Source of the DNA: an uncultured Candidatus Saccharibacteria bacterium | GTDB taxonomy: Bacteria; Patescibacteriota; Minisyncoccia; Phycocordibacterales; WO2-35-19 | NCBI GenBank assembly: GCA_964589445.1 | Contig: CAZPQX010000001.1 | Span: forward strand, 28,600 to 92,599 | Direction: 5' to 3' | DNA: 64,000 nucleotides | The notes under the pieces: model-generated | What the model was told of the DNA's origin: nothing | Databases searched by the model: none | The model's input: only the letters and a program-made list of their open reading frames with translations | Program-made: the position numbers and the translations under genes | Shown: positions 9,215 to 18,043 of the stretch, piece after piece | How positions within the stretch are numbered: position 1 is the first letter of the stretch | Layout: every line of letters begins with the position of its first letter

Positions 9215-9736
9215 CTAATTAAACTCATTCATTGCCCTGTCTCGGCCTTCGGTAGCCATAGTTTCCACTATCTGCGCCACCTTTTTATAAACTTTTTTGA
9301 GCGTTTCTTGCTCTGTGGGTTTAAACTTGGCTAATATAAAATCAAGCACTTTTTGCTCCCCTTCTGGCTTTTTGACCTTACCATTTGCTGTAGTAGGAGA
9401 AACACCTATCCTTATCCTGGTAAATTCTTTTGTTTTGACTGCTTTGATGACTGACTCGAGTCCCCTGTGCCCACCACTACTTTTATTGAAAGATATTTTG
9501 ACGGTGCCAAGCCCAAGATCTAAATCATCATAAATAACCACCAGCTTCTCAGCATCCTTTTTACTTTTCACGAATTTGGCAATAGCACGGCCAGAGTTAT
9601 TCATAAACTCTTCTGATTCCACTATCTTCACCTTCTTTATATCCAAATCCTTTAACCTTAAAGCAGCATCTTTGCCGGCATTGTGACGGGTGCCTTCGTA
9701 TTCTTTTCCTGGATTACCTAGGCCAAAAATGATCAT
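9215..9736 (-). CDS. pth: peptidyl-tRNA hydrolase
   Basis: 173 aa; 'MIIFGLGNPGKEYEGTRHNAG' canonical Pth N-terminus. Confidence 0.9.
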   Translation of the reverse strand: MIIFGLGNPGKEYEGTRHNAGKDAALRLKDLDIKKVKIVESEEFMNNSGRAIAKFVKSKKDAEKLVVIYDDLDLGLGTVKISFNKSSGGHRGLESVIKAVKTKEFTRIRIGVSPTTANGKVKKPEGEQKVLDFILAKFKPTEQETLKKVYKKVAQIVETMATEGRDRAMNEFN

Positions 9737-9767
9737 AAATTTTGAATTAGTTTTTATATGTAATATA

Positions 9768-10373
9768 ATGCATCAAATGAATGACGATAACAACACAAGC
9801 AAAGCCCCTGAAACTCAAAAAGAGAGCTCTTCATTTTGGGAAATGGTAAGGTATCTAGTCATAGCTTCTCTCATAGTTTTCCCTTTTAGGATGTTCATAG
9901 CTCAGCCATATATAGTAAGTGGGTCTTCAATGGACCCCACCTTTGAAAATGGCGACTACCTTATAGTTGATCAGATAAGCAAAAGGTTTAGCGAACCCAA
10001 AAGAGAATCAGTGCTTATCATCCGTTACCCGGTCGATCCTTCCAAGTTTTTTATAAAAAGACTCATAGGATTCCCCAACGAAACAATAGAAATAAAAAAT
10101 GGCATTGTGACGATATTCAACGAAAGTCACCCAGAAGGATTTTCTCTCGACAATTCATACATAGAGCACAAAAAGAGTGACAGTTTCTCGATAAAACTCG
10201 GCGATTCCGAATATTTCGTCATGGGAGATAATAGAGCAAACAGCTCAGATTCGAGAGTTTGGGGCCCCCTTCCAAGTGAAGATATTGTGGGCAAACCGAT
10301 ACTTCGCTTGTTCCCAATCAAAAAGATTGGTATCCTTCCTGGCGAGGTAAACAATAATGAAGGACAAAAATAA
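9768..10373 (+). CDS. lepB: signal peptidase I
   Basis: 'SGSSMDPTF' (Ser box) and 'GDNRANSSDSRVWGP' (box E); start chosen at the internal Met to avoid overlapping pth, whereas the tracked ORF begins with GTG at 9690. Confidence 0.8.
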   Translation: MHQMNDDNNTSKAPETQKESSSFWEMVRYLVIASLIVFPFRMFIAQPYIVSGSSMDPTFENGDYLIVDQISKRFSEPKRESVLIIRYPVDPSKFFIKRLIGFPNETIEIKNGIVTIFNESHPEGFSLDNSYIEHKKSDSFSIKLGDSEYFVMGDNRANSSDSRVWGPLPSEDIVGKPILRLFPIKKIGILPGEVNNNEGQK

Positions 10374-11496
10374 GGCTAAAAAAGAGGAAAAACTGAGCAA
10401 TGAAGCCAAAATTGCTCGTTTTTTCGGTTTCAAAAAGGTGGCTGCACCAGAGCTTATAAAGGCTGATTTTGATGCGGTGAAGAAGCTCGAACCGTCTGTA
10501 TTCCCCGAAGAGAAGGCTGCTATACTCCGTATGTATTTTGAGGAAAAAAAGAACGGAAATCACAGCGTAGGGAATATTTATATTGAAAAACCATTCCCAG
10601 GTTCAAAAGACACTTCCAAAAAGTCTGGGAGACTCGATGTCGATCTTTTTTCTATCAGCTCCCCCAAATATGTCTCTGAATGTTTGATCATTCTGACTTC
10701 CATACAAATACTTGAGGAGATAGGCCACAAAGACATGGAGGTGCGCATAAATTCAATAGGCGACAAAGACTCCATAAATTCATTTCAAAGAAATCTGACT
10801 TCTTACATAAGAAAAAATATCTCTCTCTTCCCTAGTGATTTGCGTCAGGTAATAAAAAAAGATCAATTTGTACTTCTAAGGGAAAAACACGAAGGCTGGG
10901 AAAAGTTTCAAAATGAATGTCCTAAACCAGTCGACTTTCTTTCTGAGGCAAGCAGAACACATTTTAAGCAAGTACTCGAGTTTCTAGAGGTCATGAACAT
11001 AAACTACTCCCTAGACCACTCTCTCCTTGGAGATTTCGAAATAGGTTCTGAAACTGTTTTTGCAATAGAAAACACAGAAAGACTCGCATATGGTTTCCGC
11101 TTAAATAGACTAGCAAAAAAGGTTGGATACAAAAAAGATTTGCCGGTTTGTTTTATCAATATTTCTGCAAAAATCATAAAACAAAGCAAAACTTCTAAGG
11201 TAAGTAATGGAAACCCAAAATTCTTCTTGATCCAATTTGGAAATGAAGCTCGTCTCCAAAGTTTCCTCATTCTAAGGCAAGTATTCGATGCAAAAGTTAA
11301 TATTCTCCACCTTTTAGAGAAAGATAGGCTAGACGAGCAGATGTATATAGCCGAAAAATCTGGTGTGCCTTATATCATGCTCGTAGGTCAAAAAGAGGCT
11401 CTAGACCAGGTGGTAGTCATAAGGAATGTAGCCACAAGATCCCAGGAGACGATTGCCCTCTCATCTATAGCTGATAAGGCAAAGGAGCTATCGTAA
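10357..11496 (+). CDS. histidyl-tRNA synthetase-like protein with degenerate catalytic motifs (HisZ/HisRS paralog-like)
   Basis: 379 aa; 'EVRINSIG' matches the HisRS 'LELNSIG' region; C-terminal class-II anticodon-binding domain 'PYIMLVGQKEALDQVVVIRN'; the HisRS motif-2 'FRHERPQ.GRYRQF' and 'GGRYD' motifs are not recognisable. Confidence 0.5.
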   Translation: MKDKNKAKKEEKLSNEAKIARFFGFKKVAAPELIKADFDAVKKLEPSVFPEEKAAILRMYFEEKKNGNHSVGNIYIEKPFPGSKDTSKKSGRLDVDLFSISSPKYVSECLIILTSIQILEEIGHKDMEVRINSIGDKDSINSFQRNLTSYIRKNISLFPSDLRQVIKKDQFVLLREKHEGWEKFQNECPKPVDFLSEASRTHFKQVLEFLEVMNINYSLDHSLLGDFEIGSETVFAIENTERLAYGFRLNRLAKKVGYKKDLPVCFINISAKIIKQSKTSKVSNGNPKFFLIQFGNEARLQSFLILRQVFDAKVNILHLLEKDRLDEQMYIAEKSGVPYIMLVGQKEALDQVVVIRNVATRSQETIALSSIADKAKELS

Positions 11497-11544
11497 GTCC
11501 CCTATTTACATTATAAACTGTTTTATGTTAATATAATTCCCGAT

Positions 11545-11781
11545 ATGGCAACAAACGTAGAAGTCACAAAAAACGGCTCCGAAAACAATCTTGGAGTTAT
11601 AAGGAAATTTACAAAAAGAGTTCAGGGCTCAGGCATTTTGTCTAGACTCCGAAGCAAAAGATACAGCTCCCGCAAACTATCCGAATACGTAAAAAAGAAG
11701 AAAGCCCTAAAGAGGATAACCAGAAAAGAAGAAGTAAGAAACCTCATAAAGATGGGCAAGATGCAAGGAAACATCGACTAA
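11545..11781 (+). CDS. rpsU: 30S ribosomal protein S21
   Basis: 78 aa basic protein; 'LGVIRKFTKRV' and 'SRLRSKRYSSRK' are similar to the S21 'ALRRFKR...RRREFYEKPS..RK' pattern. Confidence 0.7.
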   Translation: MATNVEVTKNGSENNLGVIRKFTKRVQGSGILSRLRSKRYSSRKLSEYVKKKKALKRITRKEEVRNLIKMGKMQGNID

Positions 11782-11808
11782 ATTATAGATTTTAGAAAAT
11801 AGACAGTA

Positions 11809-12162
11809 GTGGATAAAAGCAAAGATACAACTTCATTGGTTGAAACAATTAAAGAAGAAATCCTAGGGAAAGCTTACGAGCTTTCTTTTGCGTTCATAGA
11901 GGCACCGGAGATGCAAAAGCTAAATAAAGAGTATCGAGACAAAGACTACCCCACCGACATACTCTCCTTCCCTCTTTCAGATACAGCAGGCGAGATTTTG
12001 ATATGCAAAGAAGTGGCAGCAGAAAAATCAAAAGATTTTGATATGTCAGAAAGTGATTATTTAGTCTTCCTTGTTATCCACGGCCTACTACACCTTAAAG
12101 GCTATGATCATGGTCAGGAAATGGAATCTCTCGAAAAAAAATACTTGGCCAAATTTAAGTAA
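11809..12162 (+). CDS. ybeY: rRNA maturation endoribonuclease YbeY
   Basis: 117 aa; 'HGLLHLKGYDH' zinc-binding motif. Confidence 0.85.
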   Translation: MDKSKDTTSLVETIKEEILGKAYELSFAFIEAPEMQKLNKEYRDKDYPTDILSFPLSDTAGEILICKEVAAEKSKDFDMSESDYLVFLVIHGLLHLKGYDHGQEMESLEKKYLAKFK

Positions 12163-12233
12163 AATTAAATTTTCTTCATAAATCAACAGGTAAATTTGTA
12201 ACTATCATTAAAAGTATAGTAAAATTTGGTGAT

Positions 12234-13430
12234 ATGAGTTCTCGATATACAGTAGGTATAGATATAGGTACATATGAAGTAAAAGTTGTTGTAGCTCTAC
12301 ATACAGAAGAAAGTCCATTGCCTAAAATAGTTGGCACAGGCAGAAGCGAATCAAAAGGTCTTCGTCATGGCTACACCATCAATATGAGTGATGTGGCAAA
12401 GAGTGTCAGAGTGGCAGTAGCTCAAGCAGAAAAATCTTCAGGTATCCAAATAAAAGACGCTTTTATATCAATAGGAGGTGTGGGTCTTTCGAGTATCAAT
12501 TCAAATGGTTCGTGTATAGTGGCAAGAGCTGATCAAAAAATAACAGAAGCAGATTTAGATGCAGCCCTATCAGCTGCAGAAGAGTCAATACCACAAAGCC
12601 TTACTCAAAACAGAAAGATAATTTACTCCATACCAGTGGCTTGGAGGATAGATGGCAAAAATGTATTAGGAAGAGTGCTTGGTATGAAGGGTGTAAAACT
12701 CGAAGTAAAAGTACTTTTTGTAAGTTGCTTAGAACATCACCTTGACGACTTGGTAGAAGCAGTAGAAGAGGCTGGTGTGAGGGTGATAGACGTTGTTGCT
12801 TCCCCTATCGCTGCCTCTTTCGCCATTCTTTCAAAGAGCCAGAGGATAGCTGGATGCGTGCTTGCAAATATTGGAGCTGAGACAGTGTCTATGGTTGTAT
12901 TTGAAAATCAAATCCCCGTCTCCCTTGAGGTTTTTGGTATAGGCGGAAATGATATAACCAACGACATAGCTCTTGGGCTAAAAATTTCTCTCGAAGAAGC
13001 AGAATCAATCAAACTCGGAGGTATCACTTCTACAAATTATTCAAGAAAAAGACTTGAAGAAATAGTCTCTGCGAGACTCGGTGATATTTTTGAACTTATC
13101 GAAGTCCACCTCAAAAAAATTGGTAAGTCTGGACTGTTGCCAGCCGGGATAATTATCACAGGAGGTTCTTCTTCTATCGGAGCAATCGAAGACTTGGCTA
13201 GGAGCTACCTTAAACTTCCTTCACGCACAGCCTCATTAAATTTTGGTTCTCTCCAAGGAAGTAACGGTAATTCAAAATTTCAAATAAAAGATTCTTCCTG
13301 GTCAGTGTCATACGGCCTTTGTATAGTCGGCAATATGCCCGAAGAAAGTAGTGAAAGCTTAGGGCTCAAAAAACAAGGAAAAGATATTTTCAAAAAAGTA
13401 CTCGATATCATAAAACAATTTCTGCCTTAA
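12234..13430 (+). CDS. ftsA: cell division protein FtsA
   Basis: 398 aa; actin-like 'VGIDIGTYEVKVVV' N-terminus, immediately upstream of ftsZ. Confidence 0.9.
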   Translation: MSSRYTVGIDIGTYEVKVVVALHTEESPLPKIVGTGRSESKGLRHGYTINMSDVAKSVRVAVAQAEKSSGIQIKDAFISIGGVGLSSINSNGSCIVARADQKITEADLDAALSAAEESIPQSLTQNRKIIYSIPVAWRIDGKNVLGRVLGMKGVKLEVKVLFVSCLEHHLDDLVEAVEEAGVRVIDVVASPIAASFAILSKSQRIAGCVLANIGAETVSMVVFENQIPVSLEVFGIGGNDITNDIALGLKISLEEAESIKLGGITSTNYSRKRLEEIVSARLGDIFELIEVHLKKIGKSGLLPAGIIITGGSSSIGAIEDLARSYLKLPSRTASLNFGSLQGSNGNSKFQIKDSSWSVSYGLCIVGNMPEESSESLGLKKQGKDIFKKVLDIIKQFLP

Positions 13431-13522
13431 ATTTAGAACACAAAACTCCATTCTTACAAGTTTTGTAATTAAGGGCTTTTTTTGGTATTATCGAGGTGAT
13501 TGATATTTAATTTAAAGATTTT

Positions 13523-14755
13523 ATGCCTCAAATAAAGCCAGAAGTAGAATCATTTGCGCGAATAAAGGTGCTTGGCGTCGGAGGTTCCGGAAAGAACGCC
13601 GTCAACCATATGATAAATTCCAAAGTTAAGGGAGTTGATTTTGTTGCTGTAAATACAGACGCTCAGGATTTACACTATTCTGAAGCAAAAAGAAAGATAC
13701 ATATAGGTAAAAACCTTACTCGTGGACTCGGTACCGGCATGAACCCAGAGCTAGGTAAAAGAGCAGTAGAAGAAACAAAAGAAGAAATCCAAGAAGCTAT
13801 AAAAGGAGCTGATATGGTTTTTATAGCCTGTGGATTAGGCGGTGGTACAGGCACAGGAGCAGCCCCAATAATCGCCCAGACAGCAAAAGAGCTCGGCACA
13901 CTCACAGTAGCAGTGGTGACTAAACCTTTTTCATTTGAAGGAAGCCAGAGGATGAGACTTGCGGAAGCAGGATTAGAGGAACTTAAGAGATCCGTTGATG
14001 CTCTTATCGTCATACCAAACGACAGACTACTTGCAACGATAAGCAAAGAAACCACAGCGAGAAATGCCTTCGCGATGTGTGATGAAATATTAAAGCAAGC
14101 CGTCGAAGGTATCTCAGACCTCATCACAACTCCAGGTATCATCAACATAGACTTTGCCGACATCAAGGCAGTCATGGAGGGCGCTGGTGGTGCACTTATG
14201 GGTATAGGTAGAGCTAGCGGCGAAAATCGAGCCGTAGAAGCAGCTAAACTCGCTATCAATTCCCCACTTCTCGAAGTATCTATCAATGGCGCCAAGGGAG
14301 TACTCTTCTCTATTGCAGGAGGTGACGACCTTACAATGTTTGAGATACATGATGCAGCCAAACTCATTACCGAGTCAGCAGATCCAAATGCAAAGATAAT
14401 ATTCGGTACAGTAAGAGACGAAAAACTCAAGAAAGGTGAGGTTAAAATTACAGTCATCGCTTCAGGTTTCCCTGAAAACTTCTCTTCTGTTAGGCCAATT
14501 CCATTTGAAGACAGACCTTTAAACAATAACGAGGATGATAATCAAACAAAGGGTAAAATATTTAACTCAATGTTTGGTGGTAACAAAGAAAAAGAGAGGC
14601 CAGTAGAAAAAGAAAGGGAGAGGGAGAGAGAAGAAATACAAAGAGAAGAGCCTACTACCCCACCAGAAGAAAAGAAATCAAACGTGATAATAGAAGAAGA
14701 CGAAGACGAATGGGGTGCTGTACCAGCCTTCCTAAGGAGAAGTAAGTTAAAATAA
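13523..14755 (+). CDS. ftsZ: cell division GTPase FtsZ
   Basis: 'GVGGSGKNAVNHM', 'GGGTGTGAAPIIA' tubulin signature; acidic/KE-rich C-terminal tail. Confidence 0.95.
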   Translation: MPQIKPEVESFARIKVLGVGGSGKNAVNHMINSKVKGVDFVAVNTDAQDLHYSEAKRKIHIGKNLTRGLGTGMNPELGKRAVEETKEEIQEAIKGADMVFIACGLGGGTGTGAAPIIAQTAKELGTLTVAVVTKPFSFEGSQRMRLAEAGLEELKRSVDALIVIPNDRLLATISKETTARNAFAMCDEILKQAVEGISDLITTPGIINIDFADIKAVMEGAGGALMGIGRASGENRAVEAAKLAINSPLLEVSINGAKGVLFSIAGGDDLTMFEIHDAAKLITESADPNAKIIFGTVRDEKLKKGEVKITVIASGFPENFSSVRPIPFEDRPLNNNEDDNQTKGKIFNSMFGGNKEKERPVEKEREREREEIQREEPTTPPEEKKSNVIIEEDEDEWGAVPAFLRRSKLK

Positions 14756-14850
14756 AAAGTAACAATCAAAACTCCCTGAAAAGGGATTTTTGATTTTCAA
14801 TGTATCTTGTATAATTAGTTAAAATTAAAATAATCATCGAATTTAAAGAT

Positions 14851-15777
14851 ATGCACGAACTAATCATTATTGGTGGAGGTCCAGCGGGGGCGGCTGCGGG
14901 AGTTTATGCTGCAAGAAAAAAGATAAAGACTCTTCTAATAACAGATACCTGGGGTGGCCAGAGCTCTGAGTCCGTTGGTATCCAAAATTGGATAGGAAAC
15001 ATAGAAATACCAGGTGTTGAATTTGGTAAACTTCTCAAAAATCATGTAGTTCACTACAAAGAAGACTCTGTTGAGATAAAAGAGAATGAAAAGGTGACAG
15101 AAATTTCAAAACAGGATGGTGGTTTTTTAGTAAAGACAGACAAGGGTGAGTATCTATCCAAAACAGTACTTATAGGTACCGGGAGCTACAGAAGGAAACT
15201 CGATATACCTGGAGCAAAGGATTATGAGAATAAAGGCATAGTCTACTGTGCTTCTTGTGATGGGCCTCTTTTTGCCGGCCAAGATGTCGCAGTCATAGGT
15301 GGAGGCAATGCAGGCTTCGAATCAGCCGCACAACTACTTGCCTACTGTAATAGTGTAACTCTATTAAACCGCAGCGATAAATTTAGAGCTGACCCTGTGA
15401 CGGTAGAAAGTATAAAAAAGAATCCAAAAATGACTGTCCTTACAAATGCTGTGCCAGTAGAAGTAAAAGGAGATAAGTTCGTTAATACTTTAGTTTATGA
15501 AGACACTACCTCAAAAGAAAAGAGAGAACTAAAAGTAACAGGGGTCTTTGTAGAAATTGGCCTACTTCCTACTACTTGGTTTGCAGAAAAAACAGGCGTA
15601 GAGATGAACGACATAAAACAGATCAAAGTAGACCCAAAAAACCAGAGGACAAGCGTACGTGGCCTCTGGGCAGCCGGAGACTGCACTGACGGTCTCTTCC
15701 ACCAAAACAATATTGCTGCGGGAGACGCAGTCAAGGCTCTCGAAGATATCTATTTGGAGCTTCAGAGAATGAAGTAG
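14851..15777 (+). CDS. trxB: thioredoxin-disulfide reductase
   Basis: 308 aa; FAD 'IIGGGPAGAAAGVYAAR', redox 'CASCDG', NADPH 'VAVIGGGNAG'. Confidence 0.85.
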   Translation: MHELIIIGGGPAGAAAGVYAARKKIKTLLITDTWGGQSSESVGIQNWIGNIEIPGVEFGKLLKNHVVHYKEDSVEIKENEKVTEISKQDGGFLVKTDKGEYLSKTVLIGTGSYRRKLDIPGAKDYENKGIVYCASCDGPLFAGQDVAVIGGGNAGFESAAQLLAYCNSVTLLNRSDKFRADPVTVESIKKNPKMTVLTNAVPVEVKGDKFVNTLVYEDTTSKEKRELKVTGVFVEIGLLPTTWFAEKTGVEMNDIKQIKVDPKNQRTSVRGLWAAGDCTDGLFHQNNIAAGDAVKALEDIYLELQRMK

Positions 15778-15931
15778 CAGATTCTCAAATATTGTTGAGG
15801 TATGTTCTATAAAAAACCTTGAACCACTAAAGAAAAAGTTGTTTCAAGGGATAGAAGTGTTTTTTAGAGAATATACCGAATAAAATATTTGAGAATAGGC
15901 ACGCTCAAGAACTATTTTTGTTTTTTAAAAT

Positions 15932-17164
15932 TTACTTCCTAGAAACGTCCTTTATTTCTTTAGAGATTATATCTTCTGCATCAGTCAAATCGTCATCAAA
16001 CTTCTCCAAAAACTCAATTTCCTCTTTTGTTAGTTTGCGCTTAAATTCTGCCTTTCTTAATTTTTGAATATATTCTCTTAGGTCACTGTGCAATATATCA
16101 AACGACTTACCGAGGACTTTTTCTGCCTCGAGACTTTCCTTTTTAACCCTTCTGTAGAGGTTGAAGAATTTATACCATCCATACATAATCAAGAGTATAA
16201 ATATTATGACGAGTATTGCTGCGGGTATCAATACTTTCATTAGGCCGATGGTATATGAGCCAATACTCAATATTAGGGGCTTTTCTACAAATATATTTAT
16301 ATTTTGAGATGATAGAGTTATATTTTTATCATCCGCAAGAGCTTCTACCCAAACAGTATAGTTACCTTCTTTTAATATCGGTTGACTAATAAAACTAAAC
16401 TGATAGTAGCTGTTTGTTTTTACTTGGTGAGTTTGTACCAACCCATCCTTGTCCTTTAATGATATTTTGAGTAGACCATACTTATAAGGAGCTGTTCCTG
16501 ATATCTCTATACTCTCATTAACTTTAATTTTAGAGGGGTATAAATCTATATTTAATGGTGGGGCTATCTCACTATCTGTAGACTCTGGTTCATTTTTTGT
16601 TTTTTCTTCGACAGGAAGGAGTGCAGGTTTAGGCTCTTCTACAGGAACAGGCTTTACTGGCTCTACAGCTGGCAAGTTTATTATATTTATTTGTGAATTG
16701 CTGGTGCCAGAGATGATATCTGTACCCAATCCATCGTTTTCTCTAACAGCTGAGTTCGAAAATATTATTGAAGCTAAGCCAGTTTTTTTTGCCCTAAAAA
16801 TAATAGACACAATATTTCCATTACCACCTGTAAATCCAGGGTTAGGCACTCCGCCATTAAAAGTTATTTGGCCGACACTATTTGAAAAGCCTGGCTCCTC
16901 CACCCACAAAGAAAAGATTGAAGATCTTTTATCAATCGAAACTACTTCTAACAAATCTTTCGGAAATTGAATTATACTTTCTGCATTGTTTATTACCTTA
17001 CCTAGAGTGTCGACTGTAATTTGGATATTTATTATATTACCAACTGAAACCTCATTTTGTGACGGTCTCATTTGCAAAAAAGCAGCATCTACTTTTTGAT
17101 TGAAAGAGAAGAAAAATATTGCAAAAAATACCGCTATCAATAACTTACTGTTTAACAATTTCAT
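15932..17164 (-). CDS. membrane-anchored surface protein with N-terminal cohesin-like domain
   Basis: 410 aa; signal peptide; the ~140-aa domain 'VDTLGKVINNAESIIQFPKDLLEVVSIDKRSSIFSLW...NIVSIIFRAKKTGLASIIFSN' resembles a cohesin jelly-roll; single C-terminal TM helix plus charged cytoplasmic tail. Confidence 0.5.
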   Translation of the reverse strand: MKLLNSKLLIAVFFAIFFFSFNQKVDAAFLQMRPSQNEVSVGNIINIQITVDTLGKVINNAESIIQFPKDLLEVVSIDKRSSIFSLWVEEPGFSNSVGQITFNGGVPNPGFTGGNGNIVSIIFRAKKTGLASIIFSNSAVRENDGLGTDIISGTSNSQINIINLPAVEPVKPVPVEEPKPALLPVEEKTKNEPESTDSEIAPPLNIDLYPSKIKVNESIEISGTAPYKYGLLKISLKDKDGLVQTHQVKTNSYYQFSFISQPILKEGNYTVWVEALADDKNITLSSQNINIFVEKPLILSIGSYTIGLMKVLIPAAILVIIFILLIMYGWYKFFNLYRRVKKESLEAEKVLGKSFDILHSDLREYIQKLRKAEFKRKLTKEEIEFLEKFDDDLTDAEDIISKEIKDVSRK

Positions 17165-18041
17165 TTTTTACTTTTCTCATTTTTATAAAGACAAAAATGA
17201 GAATTATTATAAATATAGCCACAAAAGGATAGTAAGTATTTTTGGAATCAGGACTATATACTGACTCTGTGACATTTAAAGCAAAATCATAAGCCTTAAC
17301 GACTATTTTTAGGGATTCATCTTGTTTCTGTAAAACGTATGTATTTCCACTACGAACTGGGGGCAAATCCCCTTCTATAACCTCGTAGTAAGCCACTCCA
17401 GATTCATCATCTACTGTATTAAAAGATAAAAATTTTCGCCCATCAAAAACAGAACCTTCTTGTCCTAAATATATCTCAAAAGAGTTTGGGGGAGTTTGAT
17501 CTTTTTGTAGTATACGAGGCCATTCATCGCGAGACTCAAAGCCTTCTGGTTTTGGCAAAATATTTAATTCAAAATTATCTGTACTTACAGCGTCCTTAGT
17601 GCCCTTCCCGTCATTTAGATAGGCATTGATTTCGGATGTTTTGAATGTTACTTTTCCAGGCTTATCAAGGTTTAGGATTATTTTAAAAACAACCAAATCT
17701 TTAGAGTTGATACCATCTGGTATACCTCCGATAAAAGATACTTCTTTTTCGTTCATCGAGAGTGAAGGTTTTTGGGGCCAAAGAGAAAAAGCAGAGCCTG
17801 CAACACTTAAATCTCCGACTGAAATATTCTTTGATGCATAATCAAAGAATATTTTTCCCTCTATAGCGTTTATTTCCTTACCTTCTGAATCAGCTCTGAC
17901 ATCCACTACTATATTGTCTCCCACAAAAAAATCTTTTTCTTTTGTATCAAAGAATAATGTAGTAGCTGAGACAAAAGAAGGAGCAAACACCAAGCCCACA
18001 AGAACGATGAAAAATATTTTTTTGTTTGATAATTTATTCAT
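17145..18041 (-). CDS. second membrane-anchored cohesin-like protein
   Basis: 298 aa; signal peptide; 'DVRADSEGKEINAIEGKIFFDYASKNISVGDLSVAGSAFSLW' cohesin-like; C-terminal TM anchor 'YYPFVAIFIIILIFVFI'. Confidence 0.45.
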   Translation of the reverse strand: MNKLSNKKIFFIVLVGLVFAPSFVSATTLFFDTKEKDFFVGDNIVVDVRADSEGKEINAIEGKIFFDYASKNISVGDLSVAGSAFSLWPQKPSLSMNEKEVSFIGGIPDGINSKDLVVFKIILNLDKPGKVTFKTSEINAYLNDGKGTKDAVSTDNFELNILPKPEGFESRDEWPRILQKDQTPPNSFEIYLGQEGSVFDGRKFLSFNTVDDESGVAYYEVIEGDLPPVRSGNTYVLQKQDESLKIVVKAYDFALNVTESVYSPDSKNTYYPFVAIFIIILIFVFIKMRKVKNEIVKQ

Positions 18042-18043
18042 GT

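Noticed and set aside
13675-14526. 283-aa minus-strand ORF
   Set aside because: Antisense to ftsZ (which has unmistakable tubulin motifs); low-complexity Ser/Ala-rich translation.
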